Under the pieces are notes generated by a model that saw only the letters and a program-made list of their open reading frames with translations, did no database searches and was not told the origin of the DNA. Both the position numbers and the translations under genes were made by a program. From Marsupella aquatica (lineage: Eukaryota; Plantae; Marchantiophyta), in assembly GCA_973895155.1 (NCBI GenBank), contig OZ316893.1:3268490-3332489 (forward strand): 64,000 nucleotides of DNA, read 5' to 3'. Positions 9,766 to 22,129 of the stretch are shown in pieces (within the stretch, counting starts at the first letter, position 1; each line of letters opens with the position of its first letter).

Positions 9766-12700
9766 ATACCAAGGGATCGGCATACAAGCCGATTACGAGG
9801 GCAGAACAAATTGAGGCCCTATTAGAAGCCGAGAGAGCATAGCGGCCTAACTCTCAGGAGCAAGAGATGGATGAGATGGACAGACACGATCCAGAGCCAA
9901 GGCAGGAAGGGGAACCGACCACTAATTCAAAACCGAATAGACCGGTAAGGGGACAATCTATGGACACCAAGGAAGGGACCGACTCGGCTAGTCCAGCCGA
10001 GATCCCAGTTTATGGAGGTATGAGATTAGAGAGACTGGAAGCCGAACTGGACCCGAATTTGAAGAAGCAGATTAATATGATCCAAGCACGGCAATATCGG
10101 AAGCTCGACTTAGGAGAGGGAAGAGAACTGAACTTAGGGAGAAACCTAGCACCTGAGCTCGAGAAAGAGATCAGTGACTTATTGATTGAATTTCAGGATG
10201 TGTTTGCATGGAGTCACCAAGATCTAAAGGGAGTAGATCCAACACTAGGGGAACATTGAATTGATCTCATGTTAGGAGCCAAATCATTTCGACAACCAAT
10301 TCGAAGGATGAACCCGAAGTATTCCCTGCTGGTCAAAACAGAAATCGACAAACTAGTGGAAGCTGGATTCATCACTCCAGTCCTGCATTCAGACTGGGTG
10401 TCTCCAATTGTGATAGTTCCCAAGAAAGCTGGACCCGATGGTAAACCCAAGATCCGGGTTTGTCAGGATTACAGGAAGCTGAATGAAGCAACATTAAAAG
10501 ACCATTTTCCTTTACCGTTTACTGATATGGTACTAGACATGGTAGCCAGTCATGAACTATATTCATTCATGGATGGATACTCTGGTTATAACCAAATCAG
10601 GATTCGGCAGGAAGACCAAATCAAGACGGCCTTCATCACGGAATGGGGGATCTATGTCTTCAATCGTATGCCGTTTGGACTCTGCAACGCACCAGCTATG
10701 TTCCAACGATTAATGGTGAACATTTTTCATGATTACTTGAGAAAGTTCATGGAAATCTTCATTGATGACTTTGCAGTATTCGGGAAGGCATCGAAACATG
10801 CTAAATACCTCAGGAAAACCTTCATGAGATGTAGGGAGGTGGGTCTCAAGTTACACCCAGATAAATGTTTTTTTGCAGTAACCGAGGGGGTGCTACTAGG
10901 TCACAAGGTATCAAGGAAGGGCATTGAGATTGACAAAGGTAAGCTAGCAGTATGGCTAGATATCATGCAACCTAAGAACATAAAGGATGTAAGATCCTTC
11001 TTGGGATGCATTGGTTACTATCGCCGGTTCATCAAGGATTTTGCCAAGCTGGCTTTACCATTAACCAATATGCTCAAGGCAGGAGCAGACTTCGAACCCA
11101 CACCCGAACGAGTCACAGCGGTGGTAGAATTGAAGCAGATGTTAGTAGAGGCCCCAGTCATGATAGCACCGGACTGGAACAAAGATTTTCATGTTTTTGT
11201 AGATGTCTCGGGCTTCTGTATTGGCTCAGTACTAAGTCAGTTGGATGAGAAAGGAAGGGACCATCCCATATACTTCGCAAGCCGTCAGCTTGCCGATGCC
11301 GAACGGAACTACTCTACCACGGAAAGAGAAGCATTAGGAGTCATTTATTCTTGTAAAAAGTTTAGGCATTATTTACTAGGGTACAAGGTAATCTTTCATA
11401 CTGATCATGAAAGTTTGAAGTACCTAGTCAATAAGCCGGACCTTACAGGCAGAGTAGCAAGATGGATTTTGCTATTACAGGAGTTTGACTATGAGCTGAG
11501 GATCAAGCCAGGAAAGTTACATGCCAATGCCGACTTCTTTTCAAGGATCACAGGTAAACCTGCCACGGATTGCATCGATGATCGATTCCCCGACGAGGAG
11601 CTATTCGTTGTGGAAATAGCTGGTACATGGTACCCTGAGATTTTACAATTTCTCAGCACTTCCAGATTACAGCCAGGATTAAGCCGAGAGCAAGCCGCAG
11701 TCTTTGTGCGGAAGGTCAGACAGTATCAGTGCATTAAAGGCATACTGCACAAGCATGGAATCAACGGCACGATTCAAAGATGTTTGGAAAAGAGAGAGGT
11801 AAAACGAGTCCTACGGGCCATGCATGGAGAGGAGGCCGGAGGACATTTTGCCCCAGTAACCACGTCTAAGAAGATATTAAATGCCGGTTACTGGTGGCCC
11901 ACCTTGCACAAAGATGTCTATCAGTTTATCAAACAATGCGATCCTTGTCAACGAGCGGGAGGACCAAGGGCGTCCACCAGGCATCCACTGCACCCTATTC
12001 TACCTCTGGCACCATTCGAGAAGTGGGGTATTGATTACATTGGACCTCTGAAACCACTGACCCACCCTCGACGGAACAAGTACATAATCCTGGCTACGGA
12101 TTATGCAACTAAATGGGTAGAGGCCAGACCAACAACGAAGGATGATGCAATTACTACGACTAGATTCATGTATGAGCAGATCTTCACCAGGTATGGAGCA
12201 CCCCTAGAATTAGTTAGTGATAGAGGAACCCATTTTTTGAATGATATAATTAGTCGTTTAAATAAGCAGTATTTAGTTAAACATAGGCCTACTACTCCCT
12301 ACCATCCAAAGGCAAACGGGTTGACAGAACGAGCAAACGGAATCATAGGAAAGATATTGAACAAGACAGTAGCTCAGAACAAACTCGATTGGGATGATAA
12401 ATTGTTTGCTGCTGTTTTTGCTTACAATCTGGCCTATAAATCCACTACCGGTCATACACCCTTCTTCTTAACCTTTGGACAAGAAGCCCTGGTAGCCATG
12501 CAACTTGAGATACCGACATTTCAAGTTACAATTGAGGAAAGAGCCTCAGCGGAGGAGAGCCTAAAGGAGCGAGAATATAGGTTAGAAGCTTTAGAGGAAG
12601 CAAGAATGATTTCAGCCGAGAGAGTAGAATATAGACAGAATATCATGAAGCAGCAGTATGATAAAAGGTTAAAAGTAGTTAGTATTCATACCGGTGATCT

Positions 12701-12938
12701 TGTGCTACTTTATGACAGTAGGTATAGTAGGTTTCCAGGTAAGCTTTACACTCGCTGGTTAGGACCCTTTAGAGTAACCATGATGTTCCCCAATGGCTCC
12801 GTGCAATTGGCCAACATTACGGGAGAGGTATATCCAGTTCGCATCCATTATGACCGCCTCAAGAAATACTATATGGACGAAGATGAAGTTGTTCGCGAGG
12901 ACGCTTCACAATTAAGTGGGGAGCTATGTGATGCCTAG
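9702..12938 (+). pseudogene. pol: pol (RT-RNase H-integrase), family A; -1 frame relative to gag, with in-frame stops at 9840 and 10257
   Basis: RT motifs DGYSGYNQI, MPFGLCNAPA, FIDDF; RNase H DVSG, NYSTTEREAL, TDH; integrase HHCC, WGIDY, SDRG, NGLTE; WLGPF. The ORF runs through the PPT and stops 12 nt inside the 3' LTR. Confidence 0.93.
12914..12926 (+). promoter_or_regulatory. Polypurine tract, family A
   Basis: AAGTGGGGAGCTA immediately before the TG of the 3' LTR. Confidence 0.8.
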
Positions 12939-15900
12939 ACAGGAATCACTCGGCCGGTTAAGTGGGTAAAGCAGGAAGGCACCCTAGGAACACCTTAGTA
13001 TAGTGACAAAACAAGGAAAATATAAACAATTAGGGGCAACCATGGAACCCGGGCAGAGGCCGGAGGTAAGGCTGAGGGTGAAAACCCGATTAGGGTTAGG
13101 GCGCGTTAAGCGTCGGCGGCTAGGAAGGATCAACGGGAAGAAGGACCGGCAGAGGAGAGGGGTAAGGAGCGCTTGCAGGAGATGGTGGCTCATTTGCGAG
13201 CACGAACTAGGCAGACGACTACGGGAGGCCAACTACTGTCAGCTGCTTAGGCAAGCACTCGGGGAGAGAGTAGATACCGACGATCAACCTAAGGAGGGTA
13301 TGAGCAACGTCAATCAAGCGGCACATTTCTGGGGATGCCTGTTCAAACGGGCAACTGAGTACATCAAGACTTACGAGGACGAGGAGTCAGAAAGGGCAGC
13401 TCGAGAACGGCAGGAGCTCGCTCGATTGTGGGAGCTGCAGAAGACGGCTTTCTTAGGAGGCGAACTCATCAAGGACGAGTTCCTGTGGACGCCTACTTCC
13501 AATCAACTCGACGATCTTCTGTTTTGCAAAGACAGCGTCGTCGGCATCCGAGAGGCCATCAAGAACTGCAACGACATACACTGGGAATTAAAGGGTAGCA
13601 CGGAAAGGTGGACCCGGGCAACGGTGCTAGGAGAAACCTCCACGGCAGCAGAGATGAAGAGGAAGGGAGCCGTCAACGATGAAGCCACCCCGGCAAAAAG
13701 AACGAGGTCGGCAGCACCAAAGAAGCCAGCCGAGCAGCAGAGCAGGAGGCAGGGAGAAGCCGAAGAGGAGGAGGTCGATCCCATCAAGGCCATTCCAACC
13801 AGGGATGACACCTGGAAGGGCTGGGCGGCAACCCTACCGGTGGAGGTGCAACTACATTTTGCACGGGAGGAGGATGCATGCTTTACGGCCATGCAGACCA
13901 AGAAGTACCAAGGCTTCATGGCCGGATCCGGCTTGGAGGCCTTTGTAAGATTACCATGGCTGAAGCCGGAGGTACCGGAGTCAGACCTATTAGAATTCGT
14001 GGGGTCATGGGAACCCGAGACCAATTGCACGAGGATATATGGGAAGGATTTCTATCTTACTCCCAAGGTGATTGCCGAAGTGTTTGGCTTGCCGATGGGC
14101 AATAAGACCAAAGTTGATACCAGGAAGACCTTGCCTGACAAGGAGTTCCGGTCGTTCCCCGGGCCATCAACGAAGAATGGCTTCTTCCGGAACACCTGCA
14201 CCAACCCGCACATAGGAGAGATGATCGACTTCTTGCGGGTGACCATGCATTGTAACTTGCCGAGGGCAGAGATCGGCAAGGCACAGGTCTATCTGGCAGA
14301 AAGGCCAGACCCAAGCCGGGACTACAACGGGTACCTCCTCAACCAATTGAAGAAGATCTTAAAGGAGGAGCAGCAGGTAATCGGCATGGGGAGCGTGTCG
14401 CGGCTTGGCTATCACATGCCGCTGTTGTGCCGGTATGCCAGAGGTCAGACTTTTGCCCCGGTACTTCCCCTGCAGGTAAGGGCACCCGAGGAAGCTCCAA
14501 CGCCGAGGCCGTTGGCTGAGAAGCCTCAACCACCTGTTAGTCCTACGATCGAGCAGGTGTTTAGGCCCAGGAAGGAAGACTTGCCGATGCAGCAACCAGG
14601 CATGCAGAGTCTGCTGAAACTACTGGAGAAAGAAAAGAAATCGGCATCGGCAACAACAACGGCAACGGCAACAATGCAGGACACTACTACAGAGGTAGGC
14701 CTACACCGGCTCACAAGAGAAAACCCCTTTGCTGGAGACAAGGAGAGAATCAGGCCGGAATCCAAGCTAGGTGTTCGAATGTACGTGGGAACCTCAAGCT
14801 CCGAATCTGAGGCAGAATTGCCTGAAGCTCCTACCGAGGAAGAGGAGAGGGAGAAGCCGGAAATCCAAGAGGTAGAGGAGGCAGTGGAGGACTGCAGCCA
14901 TGATAATTCCGGCTATGGGTCGGACCATCACGTTCCAGGAGTAAGGACCTGTGGCCGGTTTGTCCCCACACTTCCAAGGGTAGTGCGAGGGGACCCCAAC
15001 CAGCAGAGTAGCCCTGAGTCTCCCCCACCAGATGTTGCTCCCCCGAGCTTCGACGGCATAAAACAGACGGTGCAGGAATTTCAGAAGCGAATCAAGCAGG
15101 AGGAAGAGGCCGCCCTGGCTAAGGAAAAGGATTTACCAGGAGGAGATTGGCCGGAGGACATCAGGCGGCTAGCCGAAAAAGGAAGCAAACCTCTAGCCAC
15201 GATTGAAGAGATCCGCAGGACGGCTTGGGAGCAGAGGCCACGATGGGCGATGCCGATCACTTCTACTTACTCCACCTACGCTAAGAATAGAGCCATGGAG
15301 TATGGTGAGATGTGTGGGGAACTTGCGCTCGGCATCTTTGGAGAGGAGTTGGAGGTAGGACCCTTTTTCCATAGGGAGCAGTTGGAGAAGCACCAATTAG
15401 AAGAAGCGGTGGCTTTAGAGAGAAGCAAGAAGGACGAGGTCATTCGGCGGCTTAGGAGGATGGAAGCCGAGATTGAAGATCTAAGGGCGGCCAAGAAAGC
15501 CCAAGATGAACTGCGGATTAAACGACATGAGCTGAACATCATGCAGGGGCAGTTGGACGCCGCGCAGGCTGATAATCAGAATATCAAGGATAAACTGACT
15601 CAGACGCAGGAAGAGTTGGCCGACACGATCAAAGAAAGGGAAAAGTGGAAGCAAGAGCTGAAGAATACAGAGGAGGCCCACATAACAGCCAACAGCCGGG
15701 CCATGGCGGAGACCCAAAGAAAGGAGTGGGCGTTGAAAGGGGAGCTCGAGAAAATCCGCGGAGCCCTTGAGCAGAAGGAGGTCGAGTTAGGGAAATCCTA
15801 TCAAGGGATTATGGCGCTGCAGCAGGAGCTTGCGTCCCTGACGGCCAGCTTCAAGGCCGACCTAAGGGAGAAGGACGAGATGCTCGAACAGACTTACGCC

Positions 15901-17646
15901 AAGATGAACCAGATGGAGTCTGTCATCATTGCAGAGCTCGACAAGGAGCTAAGAGCAACCCAGGAGGAGAGGGCTACCTTGAAGAAGGAATTGGAGGAAG
16001 CCCACAGGGAATTGGAGGAAGCCCACAGGGAGCAGGAGGAGGCCAAAAACGAGCTGGAGGGGGCACGTAAGGACCTGGATGAAACCCAAGAGGAGTTGGA
16101 GGAAATCACGAGGAAGATGGAGAACCTACAGCGGCGGGCCGACAACCAAAAAGAGCGGCTGAAGAAACAAGCCGAAGTATTTAAATGCTTAGCTGCAGCA
16201 GGTCCATCTCCTGTTGGGACAAACCAGTTACCAGGGGTGGTAATTGCCGAAGGACAAGCCGCGCCACCTGCACCAGTGCCGGAAGTAAGTGGGAAGGGGA
16301 AGGGACCAGCTGCCGAGCCACCAACGAAGAAGAAGCGGAAACCTTCAGGGTCAAGGAGTAATACGACTTCACAGGCCGTGGTGATCAAGGAGGTAGACCC
16401 AGCACCGACCCCAGACAGGGTCACGGCTAAGGATCCAACTACCCTAGGGGAAGGGGAAGCCGAAGCCGTGGGGTTGGCTGAGGCCGAAGCCGTGGGAGTG
16501 GCTGAAGCCGAAGCCGTGGGAGTGGCTGAAGCCGAAGCCGTGGGAGTGGCTGAGGCCGAAGCCGTGGGTATTGCCGAGGCCGGTGTCGAGGCTGAAGCCG
16601 AAGGTGGACCCAGTCAGGCCGATGGAGAGTTGACTCGGTCAAGGGCAGGTAATCTGTCAATAGGCGGGCCAACGGCAGTGGCTGAGGAGGAAGTATTGGG
16701 GGCGTCCATTGAGGATCCACCACCGGTGTCGTGACGGTGCAAGGGCGCCGTTCCTTTTAGGGAGGGCGGACGTGGAGGGAGGAGGCGTGAGTGGGCAGGG
16801 CGGGCACGGATCTCCACGTTTAGGATTAGGATCAGAACCAGGAGCGGCCCTGACACTTAGCTTAGTGGGATTGCGGTCCCACTGGTAGGAGCAACACTTG
16901 TGCTCCTGCCTTGCTGTACATAGGTAGATTCGGGCAAGTAGATTACTGTTAAGTAGATTAGGCTTACGATGCAAAGAATGGCGGATCCACTACCAGGATA
17001 AGTACCTGGGCAGCGGGGAGCTCAGGGCCTCTTCTTTAGCAAGTTTTTAGTTTGCACCAGCCGGGCTGGGATCAAGTAGTACGAGAAGCTCTCGGTTAGT
17101 CATACAGTGACCCTTGTGTATATTCATGTTTCCTCATGCCTAAGAGCTGAATAGAGTTGGCCTCACGGCTTAGTTCGCAGAACTTGTGTATGAGATGTAC
17201 TGTTTGTATGGCAAGTGCATGGTATGACTCAGTCAGAATGAGTCATTTTGCTATTTGTGTGTCGCATTAACTTGTGTGAAGAGTGCCCACATCAACCAGA
17301 AGGAAGGAAAGTAAGCAGGGGAGTGAGAGTTGGATGTGTCGAGCTGAGAGAGGTCTTAGCGGCTTAACCAAGCCTATTGGGGATCATTCCGGCGGCGGAA
17401 TCCAAACATACCTAACAAGACGGAGGGGAAGCCAGGGGAAGGCCTAGATTAGGCCGGCTACGTATCTCATGACCCGATGAAGGATCTGTCCAGTATATGT
17501 GTGTAAAATGTTAATAGTAGTAGTAGAAGGTTAGCAGCGTCCCATGCCGCTAAGCCGCGGAAACGGCCTCGCCAAGCGCGAAACCTGCGGGAATCGGCTT
17601 GAGCTGGGGGGTTTCTTGGGTTTAGGGAGCCATGGGACGCACCACA
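12927..17646 (+). repeat. 3' LTR of family A (4,720 bp)
   Basis: Differs from the 5' LTR by a handful of substitutions plus a 10-bp and a 1-bp indel. Confidence 0.96.
13003..16734 (+). CDS. Second intact copy of the LTR-encoded 1243-aa protein
   Basis: Open frame with about 6 amino-acid differences from 2050-5781. Confidence 0.8.
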   Translation: MTKQGKYKQLGATMEPGQRPEVRLRVKTRLGLGRVKRRRLGRINGKKDRQRRGVRSACRRWWLICEHELGRRLREANYCQLLRQALGERVDTDDQPKEGMSNVNQAAHFWGCLFKRATEYIKTYEDEESERAARERQELARLWELQKTAFLGGELIKDEFLWTPTSNQLDDLLFCKDSVVGIREAIKNCNDIHWELKGSTERWTRATVLGETSTAAEMKRKGAVNDEATPAKRTRSAAPKKPAEQQSRRQGEAEEEEVDPIKAIPTRDDTWKGWAATLPVEVQLHFAREEDACFTAMQTKKYQGFMAGSGLEAFVRLPWLKPEVPESDLLEFVGSWEPETNCTRIYGKDFYLTPKVIAEVFGLPMGNKTKVDTRKTLPDKEFRSFPGPSTKNGFFRNTCTNPHIGEMIDFLRVTMHCNLPRAEIGKAQVYLAERPDPSRDYNGYLLNQLKKILKEEQQVIGMGSVSRLGYHMPLLCRYARGQTFAPVLPLQVRAPEEAPTPRPLAEKPQPPVSPTIEQVFRPRKEDLPMQQPGMQSLLKLLEKEKKSASATTTATATMQDTTTEVGLHRLTRENPFAGDKERIRPESKLGVRMYVGTSSSESEAELPEAPTEEEEREKPEIQEVEEAVEDCSHDNSGYGSDHHVPGVRTCGRFVPTLPRVVRGDPNQQSSPESPPPDVAPPSFDGIKQTVQEFQKRIKQEEEAALAKEKDLPGGDWPEDIRRLAEKGSKPLATIEEIRRTAWEQRPRWAMPITSTYSTYAKNRAMEYGEMCGELALGIFGEELEVGPFFHREQLEKHQLEEAVALERSKKDEVIRRLRRMEAEIEDLRAAKKAQDELRIKRHELNIMQGQLDAAQADNQNIKDKLTQTQEELADTIKEREKWKQELKNTEEAHITANSRAMAETQRKEWALKGELEKIRGALEQKEVELGKSYQGIMALQQELASLTASFKADLREKDEMLEQTYAKMNQMESVIIAELDKELRATQEERATLKKELEEAHRELEEAHREQEEAKNELEGARKDLDETQEELEEITRKMENLQRRADNQKERLKKQAEVFKCLAAAGPSPVGTNQLPGVVIAEGQAAPPAPVPEVSGKGKGPAAEPPTKKKRKPSGSRSNTTSQAVVIKEVDPAPTPDRVTAKDPTTLGEGEAEAVGLAEAEAVGVAEAEAVGVAEAEAVGVAEAEAVGIAEAGVEAEAEGGPSQADGELTRSRAGNLSIGGPTAVAEEEVLGASIEDPPPVS

Positions 17647-19081
17647 GTACTATCCTCTATTCGTGTTTGTGCAAAGAACAGGTAGTGAAGGCTAGCTAGT
17701 ATGATATGTCAATGGAAGGGTAATTTAAGGATTAATAATCCGTAATCTAAGGATTTTGAAGGTTGACCATCATGAACAAGTGTGACACTATATAAGAAGT
17801 GATCGAGAGTAAATACATGCCATTCTATATTCAAGTAAGTTAGATTACTTTTGGTGACAAGCAGATAGACTCTGAATTGATGTGTGTAACTTAACATTTT
17901 ACAAATGAAGCTCAATTACATTTCAAACTTTATTAAAGTTTGACGAATTGAAAAGCGGATTATGTACGTAATTATAAAATCAAAATCAAAGTAGAATCCC
18001 TTGGCCCTCCCTCTTTTGCTACATTAAGTGAACCCCCCTGAGAACAAACCCCCCCCCCCCATGTATATCGTTTGATGCATTAAAAATGCCTTGTTATGCA
18101 TGTAAAAACATTACTTATCTTATCACATTAGATCCTTTTGTAAATTAGTACTAGAAAATTATTGTTCTTCCTGTGTTAATTTGTCTAAAACTCTGGTAGC
18201 TTATAGACTTCATGAAGGTAAACAAACTAGTACTAAAATGAATTAACAAAGGGAATATTAGGCTACACTATATCCCTAGAGGAATATTCCATAGTCTACA
18301 TTACTTATTTAAACTTCAATATATTGCGCCATTACTCTATCTTCATTTAAGAAGGGGGTATCAACCAATGACCTATTTTCAAATGGTACATTGGGGGTCC
18401 TTAACCCCAAAACAAATTGACATGAGCATGTAAGATTGAGGCAGCAGGGTATTTCAGGGTCACACAATAATTAGTATGTGTGACACTAATCTTGTGACAT
18501 TTGAGATGGCTGATGTCGTGGCCAGCCCCTATAACCCTATAACCAGCTGGTATGCATTTGGTGAACTGGAATGCCATTAAAAAGCTTGGATGACAATTCT
18601 ATTTACATAGACCATATTGTAAGAAAGGATGGGTCGGATACAAAATAAATAAAGACCTAGACAGGGCCCAACAACAATTTCAATGTCCCAACAATAATAA
18701 AAAACATGCACTTTGAACCAAATATGTCAATAAACTCCCGGAGTAAGCTGCCCAAGAAAGAAAACCATACACATGAACTTCAAATTTGAATAGCATAAGC
18801 ATGAATTCAACATGGTGAGTGACTGCCTTAGAGGGATTAGAGGCAGTGGCCCCGGGCTTGCAGGGTCAACGATAAGGTTTCCCACCTAGCACATTCGCTC
18901 ACATGCAACAAGGATGTTTGAATGCTTTCCCGGAGTCATGAATGCCGTGGGCCCCACCTAATTATGCACAGTATTCAACATAATAATGAACTTCTCCAAT
19001 CGTCCTTCCGACAATCCCACCGCGCACATCCAGCTCCTGAGGAATTCTGAATCAACTTCGTTGCAATATTTTGTACACAAG

Positions 19082-22000
19082 AATGGCAGTGTGCACCATG
19101 ACGCCAGAACCGAAGGAACGATGCACCTGTGAGTACAAATGTTCGCGCTTACGGGATGGGTATGATTTTGTGAGCCCAAGGAATCGAAGACGACATGCAA
19201 ACTATGACAAGACAGGCAGGGTCATTCCTACAAAGTTTTTAGTGGACCGTGGGCATCCGGATGGCCATGGCCTATCGCATCAAGACGGTCATTCTGCCAG
19301 CTTCTTAGGTGTTCAAATGTCCCGACAAGAACTCAGACATACGGCCCCAACTTTGTTGTACAGGGCACTTACAAGAGGAGACGGGAATGATGACGTTGGA
19401 AGAAATGATTTGCAGGACCTGGATGTTGATGGGATTGGTCAGACACTTCCCATGCAGTATGGTATCCACATAATGCCTCGAAGAATACTGACCGTGGATG
19501 AAGCAATTTATCGACAGACTTGGAGATTACAATCAATGCTTGACGAGGCTAAAATGCCTCAGGCATTGCAGGATAGCATTTTGAAAATGCTATTCGGGAA
19601 GATTCAGATTCCCCCATCTACAAATTTGACACCTTCACCCGACCCTCCATCCGACATGGAAAATGTAGGACTGGGCGCACTCTTGAAGCACGCTGGTGTG
19701 ACGTGGGACAGAGGACGCCATGGAATTGATGCATTGTCATCATTCAAGGGTTTGTGTGGCACGTTTGAGGCATATGGTATGCCAAAAACGCAGCGGTGGA
19801 GAATGTGTATTGGACAGAAGCCAAACTGGCATGCTCCCGTAGTCCTACCGCCGTTGCACCAAGATGACCACAATGTCCGAACTGGATTGAAGTGCAGTTG
19901 TTCAATCGCAGGGACGAAGTGGCATCTAGCCAGGGATTGTTTGCGTTGTTCGGAACGTTGCCCATTGGATGGTTGCAGCACGGCTTGCAAGGAGATGCTC
20001 CGGTTTGAATATTTCCCCATTCGTCCCATGTTGCGGAAGTTATGTAGCAGTCGATCTGTTTGTCATGAGTTCTAGGCAATGTGGAGGGACAAAGATAAGT
20101 GGTTTAAGAAGGATTCCATGCCCAGACCTGTGTACAAGGAATGGTGGGACGGCTATCGTACTTCCGAGCTATCCTACTTTTGGGACACTAGCACACAGTT
20201 TGAGATTCCCGTGTTATGCCGAAACTGTTATGCTTGCTATTCAACAACACCAAATAAATGTCCTGAGTTGTTGGATACTGCCAACTGGGATAATGTCAGC
20301 AAACAATACAACTTCCAATGCTCAGATTGCGGATCTCGAGTCACGGCCCCGAAACAATTTGCAAAGGTTAGTGATTTCTTCTTGCGTTACTGTTGTTGCG
20401 CACTTTTGTATGACCAGGGTATGGTATGGGTATTTTTAGGGTATTTATGGGTTATGATAGAGTAACTTTTGTCTAACTAGTGTGACCCACCGCATGCAGG
20501 GTGATCCCCGAAATATTGCACTCATGGCACACTGGGATGGATTTCAGTCTGCCAAGACTGCCCACAAAAGCACCTGGACTGTAGAGGTCCAAGTTTTAAG
20601 CGCCGGGTCTCAAACCAAAATTCCACCTATCCCTGTTCTTTTTATCCCGCCATGTGATGACGACGACGTAGGAAAAAAAAGATGAAATGCTTGGATGCTT
20701 TCTTAGAACCATTCATAAGAGAACTGGAGGAGTTGTTTGTGGATGGGATAGAGGTGGATTACAATTACCCTGTGGAATTATTGGCTGAAGAGGATAATGT
20801 ACCGAATGACTCCAGGTGTGTGCTACGAGCACTGTTAGCAGTTTTCACTGGAAATCATCCCGCACAATGTAAATTTGGGGGCTGGAATGTTACAGGTTAT
20901 TCCACTTGTCGGAATTGTAAAATGAGCACTCGATGGATGAAGTGCAAGTTTGATCATCCTCGAAAGGAGACTGACCAATCACAACCCCGAGGTTTTCTGG
21001 GAAGGGCTGTGTATGACAACAATAGGATGCAGATGAGATATCCACCACCTACACAGAAAATTGAAGAGGTGAGGGAGGCCGCCAGGAACATGACCAGGGC
21101 AGAAACAACTGCAGAGAGGATGAAGATAAGCAGGGAGTGCGGGATTTCAAACATGACCAGGGCTTGGCGACTACATGAGCTTACTGGATTTTGTTTGAGC
21201 AAGGATCTGGTGTATGATACAATGCATATCCTTGCCTTGTGCCTTTTCAAGAAATATTGCGAGCTTCTAGTTTCGAGTGTTCCCCGTCAACATCAAAAAC
21301 AGTTTGAAGATGCTCTGGAGGAGGTTACTACTAGGAAACCGAGAGGTTTTGATGGAAGGTGGCCTAAACAACCTTTTGAAAGATTGGGATACTTCAAGGT
21401 TGAAGAGTTCACGCGATTCATATTGTATTGTCTGCCTCATATCCTCCAACAGATGGACATTAGTGTCCACTCTGACCTTGGGACGCTTGGGATTCTTTTG
21501 GTAGAGATTGCACGCCTCTTTTATATCAGAAGTAGACAAGAGGGTTGGACTACAGCCACATTGAAAAAAGGCAGGTCTCTATTGGCTTCTTGGAGAGTTC
21601 GCTCAGAAGAGGCTTGGGGCCCAAATGGAGCAATTCTAGAGCATGTTGTTGGTGAGTCATTTTGTTTACACTTGCTACATGACCATGATGACAGTGGGTA
21701 TTCATTGTTGGTTGATCCATCATTGCACTGAGGTGATGTTCTAATCCCAATGTGTTTTGATCCCAATTTTTAGGGAGCGAAGAGATATTTGATGGGATAG
21801 AACGACATGGCCCACACTATGTTTATTGGTGCTACCGCTTCGAGAGGATGGTATCAGACTATGGACGCACCAGAACAAATCAGAAGGACCAGGAAGTCAC
21901 TTATTCTCTTCATTTTGCATGACGCTTTTTCACAAAAATATCGTCGTACATTTGGGAAGATGACGATGGACTTTTCCCTCATCAGAGGGCTTTGGAGAAA

Positions 22001-22129
22001 GTTCATGCATCCCTGCGTGTCCCTTCGGAGCATCATAAGGAGCACAGGTGCAGAGTCACTGTACCACCATCTGAATGCCCACACTGGCACGGGAATTCAG
22101 TGCCAATAGTTTCAAGTCAAATTCTAGCG
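19082..22129 (+). pseudogene. CACTA/EnSpm-type (Tnp2-like) transposase, 5' portion
   Basis: Motifs GDPRNIALMAHWDGF, FLEPFIRELEELF.DG, GNHPAQ (D>N), DTMH, and GPHYVYWCYRFER after splicing. GT-AG introns at ~20367-20499 and ~21652-21773; stop at 20073; frameshift in the A-run near 20680. Element termini not found. Confidence 0.85.

Larger units (their letters stand above)
1974..17646 (+). mobile_element. Full-length Ty3/gypsy LTR retrotransposon, family A (non-chromovirus, Athila/OTA-like pol), 15.7 kb
   Basis: Two near-identical TG...CA LTRs, PBS, PPT, and gag-PR-RT-RH-INT order. No chromodomain and no extra archaeal-type RNase H visible. Flanks CTCCC/GTACT do not form a TSD. Confidence 0.96.

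Noticed and set aside
17647-19070. CACTA left terminus or host gene in the AT-rich stretch
   Set aside because: CACTA pentamers occur, but no matching TIR with a 3-bp TSD and no credible ORF could be identified.
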